From the NCBI GenBank assembly GCA_046753905.1, contig JBHHUU010000001.1:1-52475 (forward strand): a DNA stretch of 52,475 bases, in the 5' to 3' direction. Of the stretch, positions 16,721-25,533 are shown piece after piece. The first letter of the stretch is position 1, and each line of letters begins with the position of its first letter. The notes under the pieces were generated by a model. It searched no databases, had not been told where the DNA came from, and saw only the letters and a list, made by a program, of their open reading frames with translations. The translations under genes and the position numbers were made by a program. This stretch comes from Nitrospirota bacterium. GTDB lineage: Bacteria; Nitrospirota; Nitrospiria; JBHHUU01.

Positions 16721-17671
16721 TTATTTTAAATGCTTATTATACTCCATGTCAAACCACATTGCAAAGAAGAGACATTGGAGACCTGATATGGTCAAAAATA
16801 CTGAAAATAGGGCGCTGGTTGCAACTACACTGTTTCCTGATAATCTTATGTATACAAGAAATGACCCGAATCCTACACCTACAGGAAATAATAAAATGCC
16901 GAGTGCATAGAAAAATACTAAGGGGTGAAAGTCTCTGATTACATACTTTTCAAACATCCTCCTGAAAAACCCCTTTATCAATAAGAATGAGATAGCAGGA
17001 ATTACTCTCCATAATCTTATGCCTGATTTTTCCCCAATATTGTATACTGGCCTGACAGATACATCCCTGACCCTGAAATTACTGATATTCAGTTTTATCA
17101 ATATGTCATTCGGCATACCGTATCTCTTATATATTGAGTCAATATCTATTGTCTTCAGTGCATCAAGGGATATCGCTGTATATCCTGTCTGAGAGTCGGC
17201 TATGTGCCAATAACCAGAGGCTATCTTTGTCAATAAGGATAGGACTGAGTTTCCAAGATATCTGTAGTGGGGGATCATCTTCCATGATTCTCCCCTGAAG
17301 AGTCTATTCCCTTTTGTGTAATCTGCATTTCCATTTGCCACTGGTTCTATTATCCTGTTAAGGTCATTCGGGTCCATCTGGGCATCACCTGCCATTACAG
17401 CCACTACATCTAATTTTTCATCTATCGCCCTTTTATAGCCTGTTGTAATAGCTCCACCCACCCCCATATTCTTTTCATGCCTTATAAGGATCAATCTTTT
17501 CTCTTTATCCTTTTGATACCCTTGTACAACTCTATATGTGTTATCAGAGCTGCAGTCATCCACTATAATAATGTTATCTACAAAAGACGGCATGGTCTCT
17601 ATGACCTTTTTTATTAATATCTCTTCATTATATACAGGTACTACAACTCCTATCTTTTTCTTTTTATACAT
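16721..17671 (-). CDS. Family 2 glycosyltransferase, polyprenyl-phosphate sugar synthase-like (DPM1/ArnC-like) with C-terminal TM helices
   Basis: IGVVVPVYNEE, VDDCSSDNT and AGDAQMDP motifs. Two to three C-terminal TM helices. Confidence 0.75.
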   Translation of the reverse strand: MYKKKKIGVVVPVYNEEILIKKVIETMPSFVDNIIIVDDCSSDNTYRVVQGYQKDKEKRLILIRHEKNMGVGGAITTGYKRAIDEKLDVVAVMAGDAQMDPNDLNRIIEPVANGNADYTKGNRLFRGESWKMIPHYRYLGNSVLSLLTKIASGYWHIADSQTGYTAISLDALKTIDIDSIYKRYGMPNDILIKLNISNFRVRDVSVRPVYNIGEKSGIRLWRVIPAISFLLIKGFFRRMFEKYVIRDFHPLVFFYALGILLFPVGVGFGSFLVYIRLSGNSVVATSALFSVFLTISGLQCLFFAMWFDMEYNKHLK

Positions 17672-17673
17672 TA

Positions 17674-18741
17674 CTACAGCCTCTCCTCTGTTTTTCTGTC
17701 AAAGATATGAATTTTATCAGATGGCAGTATAAAATAGACCTTCTCTCCTGTAGTGAATTCTTCTTCTATCTTTGCCATTCCTTTTAGTATTATACCATTA
17801 TTACAACCATTTACCCACAATTCTGCACCTGTAGGCTCAACAATAGAGACCTCCATTTCAATAGCTCCTTTTTTACTCACCCTTGATACCCTTATATCTT
17901 CTGGTCTGATGCCTATTATCACTTCCTTCCTCTCAGGTCTCTTTTCTGTTTTTGCTGCAATCGCAATCGTCATATCACCAAAAGTTATCTGAGTCTTATT
18001 AATTATCCTCCCATCTATAAAGTTCATGGAAGGACTTCCTATAAAGCCCGCCACAAATTTATTTGCCGGTCTCTTATAGATATCCAGAGGTCTTCCCAAG
18101 TGCCTTACAGCCCCATTGTAGAGTACAGCCACCCTGTCTGACAGGCTCATTGCCTCTTCCTGATCATGGGTGACATATATAGTGGTAATTTTTAATTCTC
18201 TATGTAGCCTTTTTATCTCTCCCCGCATCTCTATCCTCAGTCTTGCATCAAGGTTAGATAATGGTTCATCCATTAGAAACAGGCGTGGTCTTCTTATTAT
18301 TGCCCTCCCAAGGGCAACCCTCTGTCTCTGCCCACCTGACAGCTCTTTTGGGTGTCTCTTTAAAAGTCCCTCCAGACCTAAGAGTCCTGCTACCCTCCTG
18401 ACCTCCTCTGATATCTCACTTTGCGGTATCTTTTTAATCCTGAGAGGAAAGGCGATATTTTCATATACGCTTAGATGGGGATATAGTGCATAGCTCTGAA
18501 ATACCATTGCTATATCCCTCTCCTTTGGAGATAGATGTGCTACAGGCATATTGTCAAAATATATATTCCCTCTTGTTATATCTTCAAGTCCTGCCAGCAT
18601 GTTCAGTATAGTTGATTTCCCACAGCCACTTGGTCCGACAAAGGTAAAAAACTCACCCCCTTTTATAAGCAGGTCAAGGCTCTTTATGACATCTACATCT
18701 CCAAACCTCTTTTCTACCTTATCAAACCTTATCTCTGTCAT
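17674..18741 (-). CDS. ABC transporter ATP-binding protein, MalK/UgpC type
   Basis: Walker A GPSGCGKST, signature LSGGQRQRV, Walker B LFLMDEPLSNLD, and a C-terminal regulatory (TOBE-like) domain. Confidence 0.9.
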   Translation of the reverse strand: MTEIRFDKVEKRFGDVDVIKSLDLLIKGGEFFTFVGPSGCGKSTILNMLAGLEDITRGNIYFDNMPVAHLSPKERDIAMVFQSYALYPHLSVYENIAFPLRIKKIPQSEISEEVRRVAGLLGLEGLLKRHPKELSGGQRQRVALGRAIIRRPRLFLMDEPLSNLDARLRIEMRGEIKRLHRELKITTIYVTHDQEEAMSLSDRVAVLYNGAVRHLGRPLDIYKRPANKFVAGFIGSPSMNFIDGRIINKTQITFGDMTIAIAAKTEKRPERKEVIIGIRPEDIRVSRVSKKGAIEMEVSIVEPTGAELWVNGCNNGIILKGMAKIEEEFTTGEKVYFILPSDKIHIFDRKTEERL

Positions 18742-18749
18742 AGCTATTT

Positions 18750-19568
18750 TTACCCTTTTATCGCCCCTGCAGTTAATCCCTCTACTATTCTCTTTTGAAA
18801 TATGAATACAAGGATAATTAGAGGCATGGTAACAACTATTGATGCAGCAGATATATCCCCCCAGGGCATTTCATGCAGACCAGGGAATAGTGCTATCCCG
18901 ACAGGTATAGTCCTTGAGGCAATTGTAGAGGTAAATGTGAGGGCAAAGAGAAATTCATTCCATGAGAATATGAATACCAGAATAGCAGTGGCAAAGAGAC
19001 CAGGGAGAACAAGAGGCAATAGTATCTTGTAAAATATCTGAAAGTTGGTGCAGCCGTCAACCCTTGCTGCAAGATATATCTCATCAGGTATCTCTTTAAA
19101 GAAGTTTGTCAACACCCATATAGTCAATGGTAGAGAAAAGGTTGTATATGTGATGATCAATGCCCACCATGTATCCCTGAGACCAAGTCCCCTTATGATT
19201 ATAAAGAGAGGGCTTACTGTTGCAATAGGTGGAAACATAGAGACTGATAAGACCATGCCAAGGATGATTCCCTTTCCTTTTATATCTAACTTTGCAAGGG
19301 CAAACCCTCCAAGCGAGCCTATTAATATGGAAAAGAGTGTGGTAGCAGTTGCCACTATACAACTATTGGCTATAATCCTTAAAAAGGGATGACCTTTAAA
19401 TATGGATATATAGTGTCCAATGACAGGCTTTGCAGGAAGAAGAGGCGGTAATCTGCTGAGCTCTGAGTCAGGTTTTAGAGATGTTATAACCTGCCATACA
19501 AAGGGGGCGAGGTTATAACAGACCAGAAAGGCAATAAGTAACCAGAATATTAATCTCTTTATCTTCAT
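18750..19568 (-). CDS. ABC transporter permease, MalG/CUT1 type
   Basis: Six TM helices and an EAA loop (EIYLAARVDGCTNFQIFYKILLPLVLPG). Confidence 0.85.
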   Translation of the reverse strand: MKIKRLIFWLLIAFLVCYNLAPFVWQVITSLKPDSELSRLPPLLPAKPVIGHYISIFKGHPFLRIIANSCIVATATTLFSILIGSLGGFALAKLDIKGKGIILGMVLSVSMFPPIATVSPLFIIIRGLGLRDTWWALIITYTTFSLPLTIWVLTNFFKEIPDEIYLAARVDGCTNFQIFYKILLPLVLPGLFATAILVFIFSWNEFLFALTFTSTIASRTIPVGIALFPGLHEMPWGDISAASIVVTMPLIILVFIFQKRIVEGLTAGAIKG

Positions 19569-19618
19569 TTCTTACGCCTCTTTAGTTAGGCTGTTACAGA
19601 ACCGTCATTTATACAGGT

Positions 19619-19740
19619 TGTTACGGAACCGTCATTTTGAGCCGAAAGCGAGAAATCTTGATTATACAACATATTAATAATTAAAGATTTCTCTCTCCAC
19701 TCCGTTCTGTTCGAAATGACAAAAAGGGTGTTCCGTAACA
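19619..19740. repeat. Composite REP-like palindromic element
   Basis: tgttacggaac (19619-19629) pairs with gttccgtaaca (19730-19740). Inner pairs are gtcattttgagc / gttcgaaatgac and gagaaatctt / aagatttctc. An extra partial left arm lies at 19591-19617. Confidence 0.8.
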
Positions 19741-19767
19741 GACTGTATTTTCAATTCACTGTTATCC

Positions 19768-20697
19768 TTATCCATATACCTCCCGCAATATCCTGTCTCC
19801 ACCCTTAGACAGAATAGACTCTGCAAGGATAATCCCCATCTCTATGGCTTTATCAGGGTTACCCTTTATACCATCACGGATCAGCTCACTCCCATCTATG
19901 CCTGCCACCATACCTTCAAGATGTAATTTTCCATCTTTCATCTTTCCGTAACAAGCTATAGGCACCTGACATCCACCCTCCAGTCTCTGCAAGAATCCCC
20001 TCTCTCCTGTGACACATATCGCTGTCTCTCTATCCTCTAATATCTTTACTATTTGATTGACATCTTCATCACTTATACGGGTCTCAATCCCTAATGCACC
20101 CTGTCCTATTGCCGGCAGGCTTATCTCAAACGGGATATATTCTGTAATCTGATCCTTAAACCCTAACCTCTTTACGCCTGCGGACGCCAATACGATAGCA
20201 TCCAATCCCTCTGATATTAGTTTTTTGATCCTTGTATCCAGATTTCCTCTCAATGGATGGATATTAAGGTCATTACGATAGTATTTAAGTTGTGATGAGC
20301 GTCTGAGACTGCTTGTGCCTATCTTTGCCCCCTCAGACAGAGATGATAGTTTTAGACCACATCTAGATATAAGGATATCTCTCGGGTCTTCTCTAGGAGT
20401 AATAGCTGATATATGCAGCTCTTCAGGTATATCAACAGGGAGATCCTTCATGCTGTGGACTGCAATGTCTATCTCGCACCTTAACATAGACTCTTCTATC
20501 TCTTTGACAAAGAGTCCCTTTCCTCCTATCTTTGCAAGTGGAGCGTCTGTTATCCTGTCCCCTGTGGTCTTTATCTTTTTTAATGAGACCTGCATATCAG
20601 GGAAGTGTCTTTTTATCTCTGCCCTTACCCATTCAGCCTGCCAGATAGCAAGCCTGCTTCCCCTTGTTCCTATTATTAAATCCCGCTCTTTTTTCAT
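19768..20697 (-). CDS. hemC: Hydroxymethylbilane synthase (porphobilinogen deaminase)
   Basis: IIGTRGSRLAIWQAEWV N-terminus and overall HemC pattern. ATG 20697 is preceded by GAAAGG. The ORF track begins at TTG 20712. Confidence 0.9.
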   Translation of the reverse strand: MKKERDLIIGTRGSRLAIWQAEWVRAEIKRHFPDMQVSLKKIKTTGDRITDAPLAKIGGKGLFVKEIEESMLRCEIDIAVHSMKDLPVDIPEELHISAITPREDPRDILISRCGLKLSSLSEGAKIGTSSLRRSSQLKYYRNDLNIHPLRGNLDTRIKKLISEGLDAIVLASAGVKRLGFKDQITEYIPFEISLPAIGQGALGIETRISDEDVNQIVKILEDRETAICVTGERGFLQRLEGGCQVPIACYGKMKDGKLHLEGMVAGIDGSELIRDGIKGNPDKAIEMGIILAESILSKGGDRILREVYG

Positions 20698-20772
20698 AAA
20701 TATACCTTTCAAGTTTTACCTTAATAGTAAAGGAAGGGATGTCTGAGGAGATTATTGTCTTCTCCCCATTGT

Positions 20773-22113
20773 CTATTTCCCATTGTTCCGGGCTGTCGGC
20801 ACAATTATTTCACTATTATCTTTTTTATGGTTATGATGAGGAAGGTCTTTATCAAGATTAAATAGTATTCTTGCTGCCTCAATATACATATTCCCATTAG
20901 AAGAGTTTGCCTCCTGTTTCAATGCTACTAATGGGGCATGGAGTATCTTATTTATGATAGATGATGTTAATTCTTCTATAAGACTCTTTTCTCCCTGTTC
21001 CAATCTATCTAACTTTGCAAGAGTCTTTTCCAATTCTGCCCTTCTTATTCTCTCTGTCTTCTCTTTCAGTGCTATTATTGTAGGTACTACCTCAATGGTC
21101 TTAAACCACCTTGAGATAGTAACAATCTCATCTGCAATAATCTCTTCTGCCTTGACTACTTCACCCTCACGTTCTTTACGATTTGCATCTACAACCATTT
21201 TGAGATCATCTATATTATAAAGATATACATTATCTATGTTATTGACCTCTGGATCAATATTCCTTGGAACAGAGATGTCAATTAAGAATATCGGCTGATT
21301 CTTTCTATTCTGGATAGCCCTTTGAATATCAATATGTTTTATTAAATAATGAGGTGCGCCTGTTGAACAGATGATTATATCAGCCTTATAGATTTCATCT
21401 GAAAAAGTATCAAATTTTATTGCCTTTCCACTGAATCTATTTGCCAGTTTTAATGCCTTCTCATAATTTCTCGTTGTAATTAATATCTCCCTTACCCCGT
21501 CATCTATCAGGTGACGTGCAGTCAATTCCGCCATCTCTCCAGCTCCCAGTACAAGGACTGTCCTGTCATTCAACTCTCCAAATATTTTTCTGGCGAGTTC
21601 CACAGCAGCAGAACTTACTGAGACTGCATTTTCTCCTATCCTTGTTGTTGTGCGAACCCTCTTTGCAACAGATATAGCCTTTTTGAATACCTTGTTTAAG
21701 ATTACACCTGTAGCCTTGTGGGTCATTGCAGCCTCAAAGGCATCCTTTAACTGACCCAATATCTGCGGCTCTCCGACAACCATGGAATCGAGGCTTGACG
21801 CTACTCTGAATATATGTCTGATAGCATCATTTCCAGAATAATAATATAGATGTGACAGGAGTGTTTCCATAGTTACAGAAGAGTGATAGCTTACCAGAAA
21901 CTCTGTTATCCTCTCATATCCCTTGTCAGAGTCTGTTACAACAGAACATATATCAATTCTGTTGCATGTAGAGAGAATAAGTCCCTCCTGTATCTCCCTA
22001 TAAGACCTTAATCTGTATAAGACCTCTGATAATTCATCCTCAGGACAGGACAATTTTTCTCTTAATTCTACTGGTGCGGTCTTATGACTTAATCCTACAA
22101 CTATAATATTCAT
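20773..22113 (-). CDS. hemA: Glutamyl-tRNA reductase
   Basis: GLSHKTAPVELREK, STCNRIDI and a GAGEMAEL NADPH-binding motif. Confidence 0.9.
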   Translation of the reverse strand: MNIIVVGLSHKTAPVELREKLSCPEDELSEVLYRLRSYREIQEGLILSTCNRIDICSVVTDSDKGYERITEFLVSYHSSVTMETLLSHLYYYSGNDAIRHIFRVASSLDSMVVGEPQILGQLKDAFEAAMTHKATGVILNKVFKKAISVAKRVRTTTRIGENAVSVSSAAVELARKIFGELNDRTVLVLGAGEMAELTARHLIDDGVREILITTRNYEKALKLANRFSGKAIKFDTFSDEIYKADIIICSTGAPHYLIKHIDIQRAIQNRKNQPIFLIDISVPRNIDPEVNNIDNVYLYNIDDLKMVVDANRKEREGEVVKAEEIIADEIVTISRWFKTIEVVPTIIALKEKTERIRRAELEKTLAKLDRLEQGEKSLIEELTSSIINKILHAPLVALKQEANSSNGNMYIEAARILFNLDKDLPHHNHKKDNSEIIVPTARNNGK

Positions 22114-22121
22114 CTAATATC

Positions 22122-22937
22122 TCACACAAAGGAGTGCAATCCTTTAATAAGAAGATTGACTCCTATAAATGTAAATATCACACCTAAAAATCCTATAATA
22201 GCCAGATATGCTGCCTTCTTTGCCCTCCAGCCCACAGTTAAACGTCCATGTAATACTACTAAATAGAATAGCCATGTAACAAGTGAAAATGTCTGCTTTG
22301 GTTCCCAGCTCCAGTAAGAACCCCATGCATATTCTGCCCATACTGACCCGCTTATTATTCCAAGTGTCAGGAGTGGAAATCCGATAGAAATTGCCCTCTG
22401 ATTTAAATGATCTAACATATCAAGCGACGGCAGCTTATAATATAGTGCATTAAACCTCTTTGATTTAAGCAGACGCTCCTGAATAAGGTACATAATCCCG
22501 CATACAAATGCCATTGCAAATGCTACAATCCCTAGTAGAGATAGGGTGGTATGTATCCCAAACCAGCGGCTTTGCAGTAATGGATCCAATGCACTTACTT
22601 CGTTTGGCAGAATAGATGCTGCCATTATAAATATAAAAGCGAGCGGGAGGATAAAAGAACCTAAGATATGGATTTTGTATAGATATTCTATAATAAGAAA
22701 GACAAGTACCAATCCCCATGTAAAAAAAGAGAGAGCCTCATATAGGTTACTTAAGGGAATATGTCCAGCCTCCAGCATCCTTGTTGATAAGGCAATAGAA
22801 TGCGATATAAAACCAACACCTGTTACCCATAATGATGACCTTGAGATAAATTCTCTTTTGCTGACTACATATAAGAGAAAAAGGATTGCACCTGCAAAAT
22901 AGAGGATAACTGTTATATTAAAAAAAAAGAGATTCAT
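22122..22937 (-). CDS. CcsA/HemX-like cytochrome c assembly membrane protein
   Basis: Eight TM helices. A W-rich motif (WAEYAWGSYWSWEPKQ) resembles the heme-handling WWD motif. In the usual position upstream of hemA. Confidence 0.75.
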   Translation of the reverse strand: MNLFFFNITVILYFAGAILFLLYVVSKREFISRSSLWVTGVGFISHSIALSTRMLEAGHIPLSNLYEALSFFTWGLVLVFLIIEYLYKIHILGSFILPLAFIFIMAASILPNEVSALDPLLQSRWFGIHTTLSLLGIVAFAMAFVCGIMYLIQERLLKSKRFNALYYKLPSLDMLDHLNQRAISIGFPLLTLGIISGSVWAEYAWGSYWSWEPKQTFSLVTWLFYLVVLHGRLTVGWRAKKAAYLAIIGFLGVIFTFIGVNLLIKGLHSFV

Positions 22938-23087
22938 AATAATATGTATATGCTATATTTTACAATAATGGAAAATTATATCTTTCAATAACATTCAATG
23001 TCAACTCTCTATGTAGCGATTTATGGCAAGGCAGATCAAAAATAACAGAACTGTGCAGTAAGGTCTTAGAATGGTTGATATTCCTTG

Positions 23088-24155
23088 TCACTCAGTTCCA
23101 AAGATAAAATCTGTTAATCTTTTCCCTATTTCATCCGCCACCTTATCCTGCAATGCCTTAAAGACCTTATTTTTTGCCCTCTCTTTTGAAAGCGCTCCCT
23201 CTCTTCCACTCTTTGTAATGCTGCCGAATATCTTTCCTCTTTTTATGTCTGTAATAGAGAAGCTCGCCTCCCACCTGAGATATTTCCATGGAGGATCATC
23301 TATGCCTGCGTCTTTAATATATATTCTCCCTTTTATCTTAATATCTATCTCTTCTGTGTTCTTGCCATCTTTTACAGATAAGCCCCTCTTTCCAATAGCC
23401 TCCATAATATATCTGTTGAGACGATTGTCATTATCTCCTTCAATCTCTAATACAATATTAAGCTCTCTGGAGAGAATCTCTTCAAGTCTATTTGAGATAT
23501 CTATTATGCTGATCTTTTCTTTAACACCTTTACCCTCAGGATTAATAATAATAAGATCAGAATTATAAATATCCCTTAATAAAAGTGCATTAACTGCCCT
23601 TTTAAGCGATCTTATTCTATGCAGTTTCTCTGTTGAGTTATCAGCTATGCCAATAAGCTCAGCAGTTTTTTTATCTAATAAAGATATTTTCTCTTTCAGG
23701 AATAATGATGCATGACTTCGATTTAGAGTTGCCAGCACATAATGAATATTTGATGCCTTATCAAACCATCTCTCAGATATAGTCACATCTTCCAATATCT
23801 TATCTGTAGAGATATTTGTAATCTGGTCAATATCTACCTGTCTTACTATCTCTATTTTGCCTCCCTTTTCATCCTGAATATGCCTCTCCCTCTCCATGGT
23901 ATGCTGTGTTACCCTGACAAGAAATATCTTCGATATAGATGCGTATGCCTCTTTTTCTGCCTTATCTATAGTATCTCCATATCCTACACCTATCAAATAT
24001 TCTATTTGGGGATAAAAGAGGCTTGCTCCATCAATCCATTCAGGTCTCTTTTCTGCAAATGAAAGAGTATAAGGAAAAAGAGATATAGAGATATAGACAA
24101 AAAAGCTTAACAGTAAAGTATAGCATGTTTTTGCTATAATAGAGTTAGTTCTCAT
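23088..24155 (-). CDS. Hypothetical secreted or periplasmic protein (possibly LPP20-like)
   Basis: N-terminal hydrophobic signal. No catalytic motif recognised. The family assignment is uncertain. Confidence 0.45.
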   Translation of the reverse strand: MRTNSIIAKTCYTLLLSFFVYISISLFPYTLSFAEKRPEWIDGASLFYPQIEYLIGVGYGDTIDKAEKEAYASISKIFLVRVTQHTMERERHIQDEKGGKIEIVRQVDIDQITNISTDKILEDVTISERWFDKASNIHYVLATLNRSHASLFLKEKISLLDKKTAELIGIADNSTEKLHRIRSLKRAVNALLLRDIYNSDLIIINPEGKGVKEKISIIDISNRLEEILSRELNIVLEIEGDNDNRLNRYIMEAIGKRGLSVKDGKNTEEIDIKIKGRIYIKDAGIDDPPWKYLRWEASFSITDIKRGKIFGSITKSGREGALSKERAKNKVFKALQDKVADEIGKRLTDFIFGTE

Positions 24156-24376
24156 GTAAGTATTATTTTTATATATGATTTTTCCCTCCTTTATTCATTT
24201 TATTTCCAACTACCCCTGTTTGTCAACCTGAAAAATATACCTCAAAAGTGATATTTATTCCATCCTAACCCTTTTATCCATGAGGCATTTTCTGTTCTTG
24301 AGGCTTTTTGTCCTCTGTTTTTGGGTACTTGCTTGTGGTTTATTATATATGTTAATATTCCGTATCTTAAAATAGA

Positions 24377-24561
24377 GTAACTATTCAGCTAATACAGGGT
24401 GAGGGGTTCCAAAGACTTTATAATGCGTATGATTATAATAAGTTTATTCAGATAGAAGAGCATCATTTCATATCAGGTCTCTATGAGTAGTGAGACCTAA
24501 TCGCTAATGTGACGCTATAAACTCTTTTCTACCCCTTACCCTGTAATAGCTGAATAGTTAC
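24377..24561 (+). mobile_element. MITE-like repeat, full copy (185 bp) with 8-bp target-site duplication
   Basis: Flanked by aaaataga on both sides (24369-24376 and 24562-24569). It ends 22 bp upstream of the HDOD gene start. Confidence 0.9.
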
Positions 24562-24583
24562 AAAATAGATAAAGAGGGAAGAT

Positions 24584-25432
24584 ATGGATATCTCTATTGA
24601 AAATATGATAATGGAAAAGTGTAATCTGCCTCCAATTCCTCCAGTTGCCAGAAAAGTGATGGAAGTTGTAGATGACCCAAACATTACTTCAGATGCTTTA
24701 AGTGATGTAATCAGTCGTGATCCTGCTTTAACGGCAAGGATTATAAATATAGCTAACTCCCCATTTTACTGGTGTTCTAGAACCATAGATACTTTGAAGT
24801 CAGCAATAATAGTCATAGGTTTTAATACTATAAGAAATCTTGTAATAGCTATATCAAGTAAAGAGATATACAAGACCCATGGTCTAACTGAGCAGTTGTT
24901 ATGGGAGCATTCAATGGGTGTAGCTGCATCTGCAGGATTAATAGCCATAGAGTTGAAGATGAAAGATAGGGAAGAGGCATTTATTGCAGGTCTATTACAT
25001 GATATCGGTAAGATCGTATTATTAAACTCTGACAGAAAGGGATATGAGGATATTATTAGAACTGCCTATAACGAAGACATCCCATGCTGGGGCATTGAGA
25101 TGGAGAGATATAGGTTTTCCCATGCTGAAGTAGGGGCAATAGTTATAAATAAATGGCATTTTTCTCATCAACTGGAAAGTATCATTAGATATCATAATGA
25201 TATCATGTCATATAAGGAAAAGAATGAACATATAGAGATAATGATTTCTATTATTCAGCTTGCAAACCTTATATGCAACTCCCTTGGGATCGGGAGAAGA
25301 AAGCCTGATAGTAATATTGATATTATTAATACCCCGCCAGTTAAGAGATTAATGCTTAATGAGGAGGCAATAAACTTACTTATTGAGAAGACTACAGACT
25401 CATTTGAGAAGGAAAAGAAATTATTTGAATGA
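24584..25432 (+). CDS. HDOD-domain signalling protein
   Basis: LPPIPPVARKVMEVVDDPN...ISRDPALTARIINIANSPFY, and later GLLHDIGK, are characteristic of HDOD. Confidence 0.8.
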   Translation: MDISIENMIMEKCNLPPIPPVARKVMEVVDDPNITSDALSDVISRDPALTARIINIANSPFYWCSRTIDTLKSAIIVIGFNTIRNLVIAISSKEIYKTHGLTEQLLWEHSMGVAASAGLIAIELKMKDREEAFIAGLLHDIGKIVLLNSDRKGYEDIIRTAYNEDIPCWGIEMERYRFSHAEVGAIVINKWHFSHQLESIIRYHNDIMSYKEKNEHIEIMISIIQLANLICNSLGIGRRKPDSNIDIINTPPVKRLMLNEEAINLLIEKTTDSFEKEKKLFE

Positions 25433-25437
25433 AAAAG

Positions 25438-25476
25438 GTTGAGTAGTTGAGTAGTTGAGTGGTTGAGTGGTTAAAT
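25438..25476. repeat. 8-nt tandem array (GTTGAGTR)x4
   Basis: gttgagta gttgagta gttgagtg gttgagtg gttaaat, immediately after the HDOD stop codon. Confidence 0.85.
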
Positions 25477-25533
25477 TTGTTTATTACTGCAATTTCACTT
25501 AACAATTCAACATAAGGGTAAGAGATATTACAA

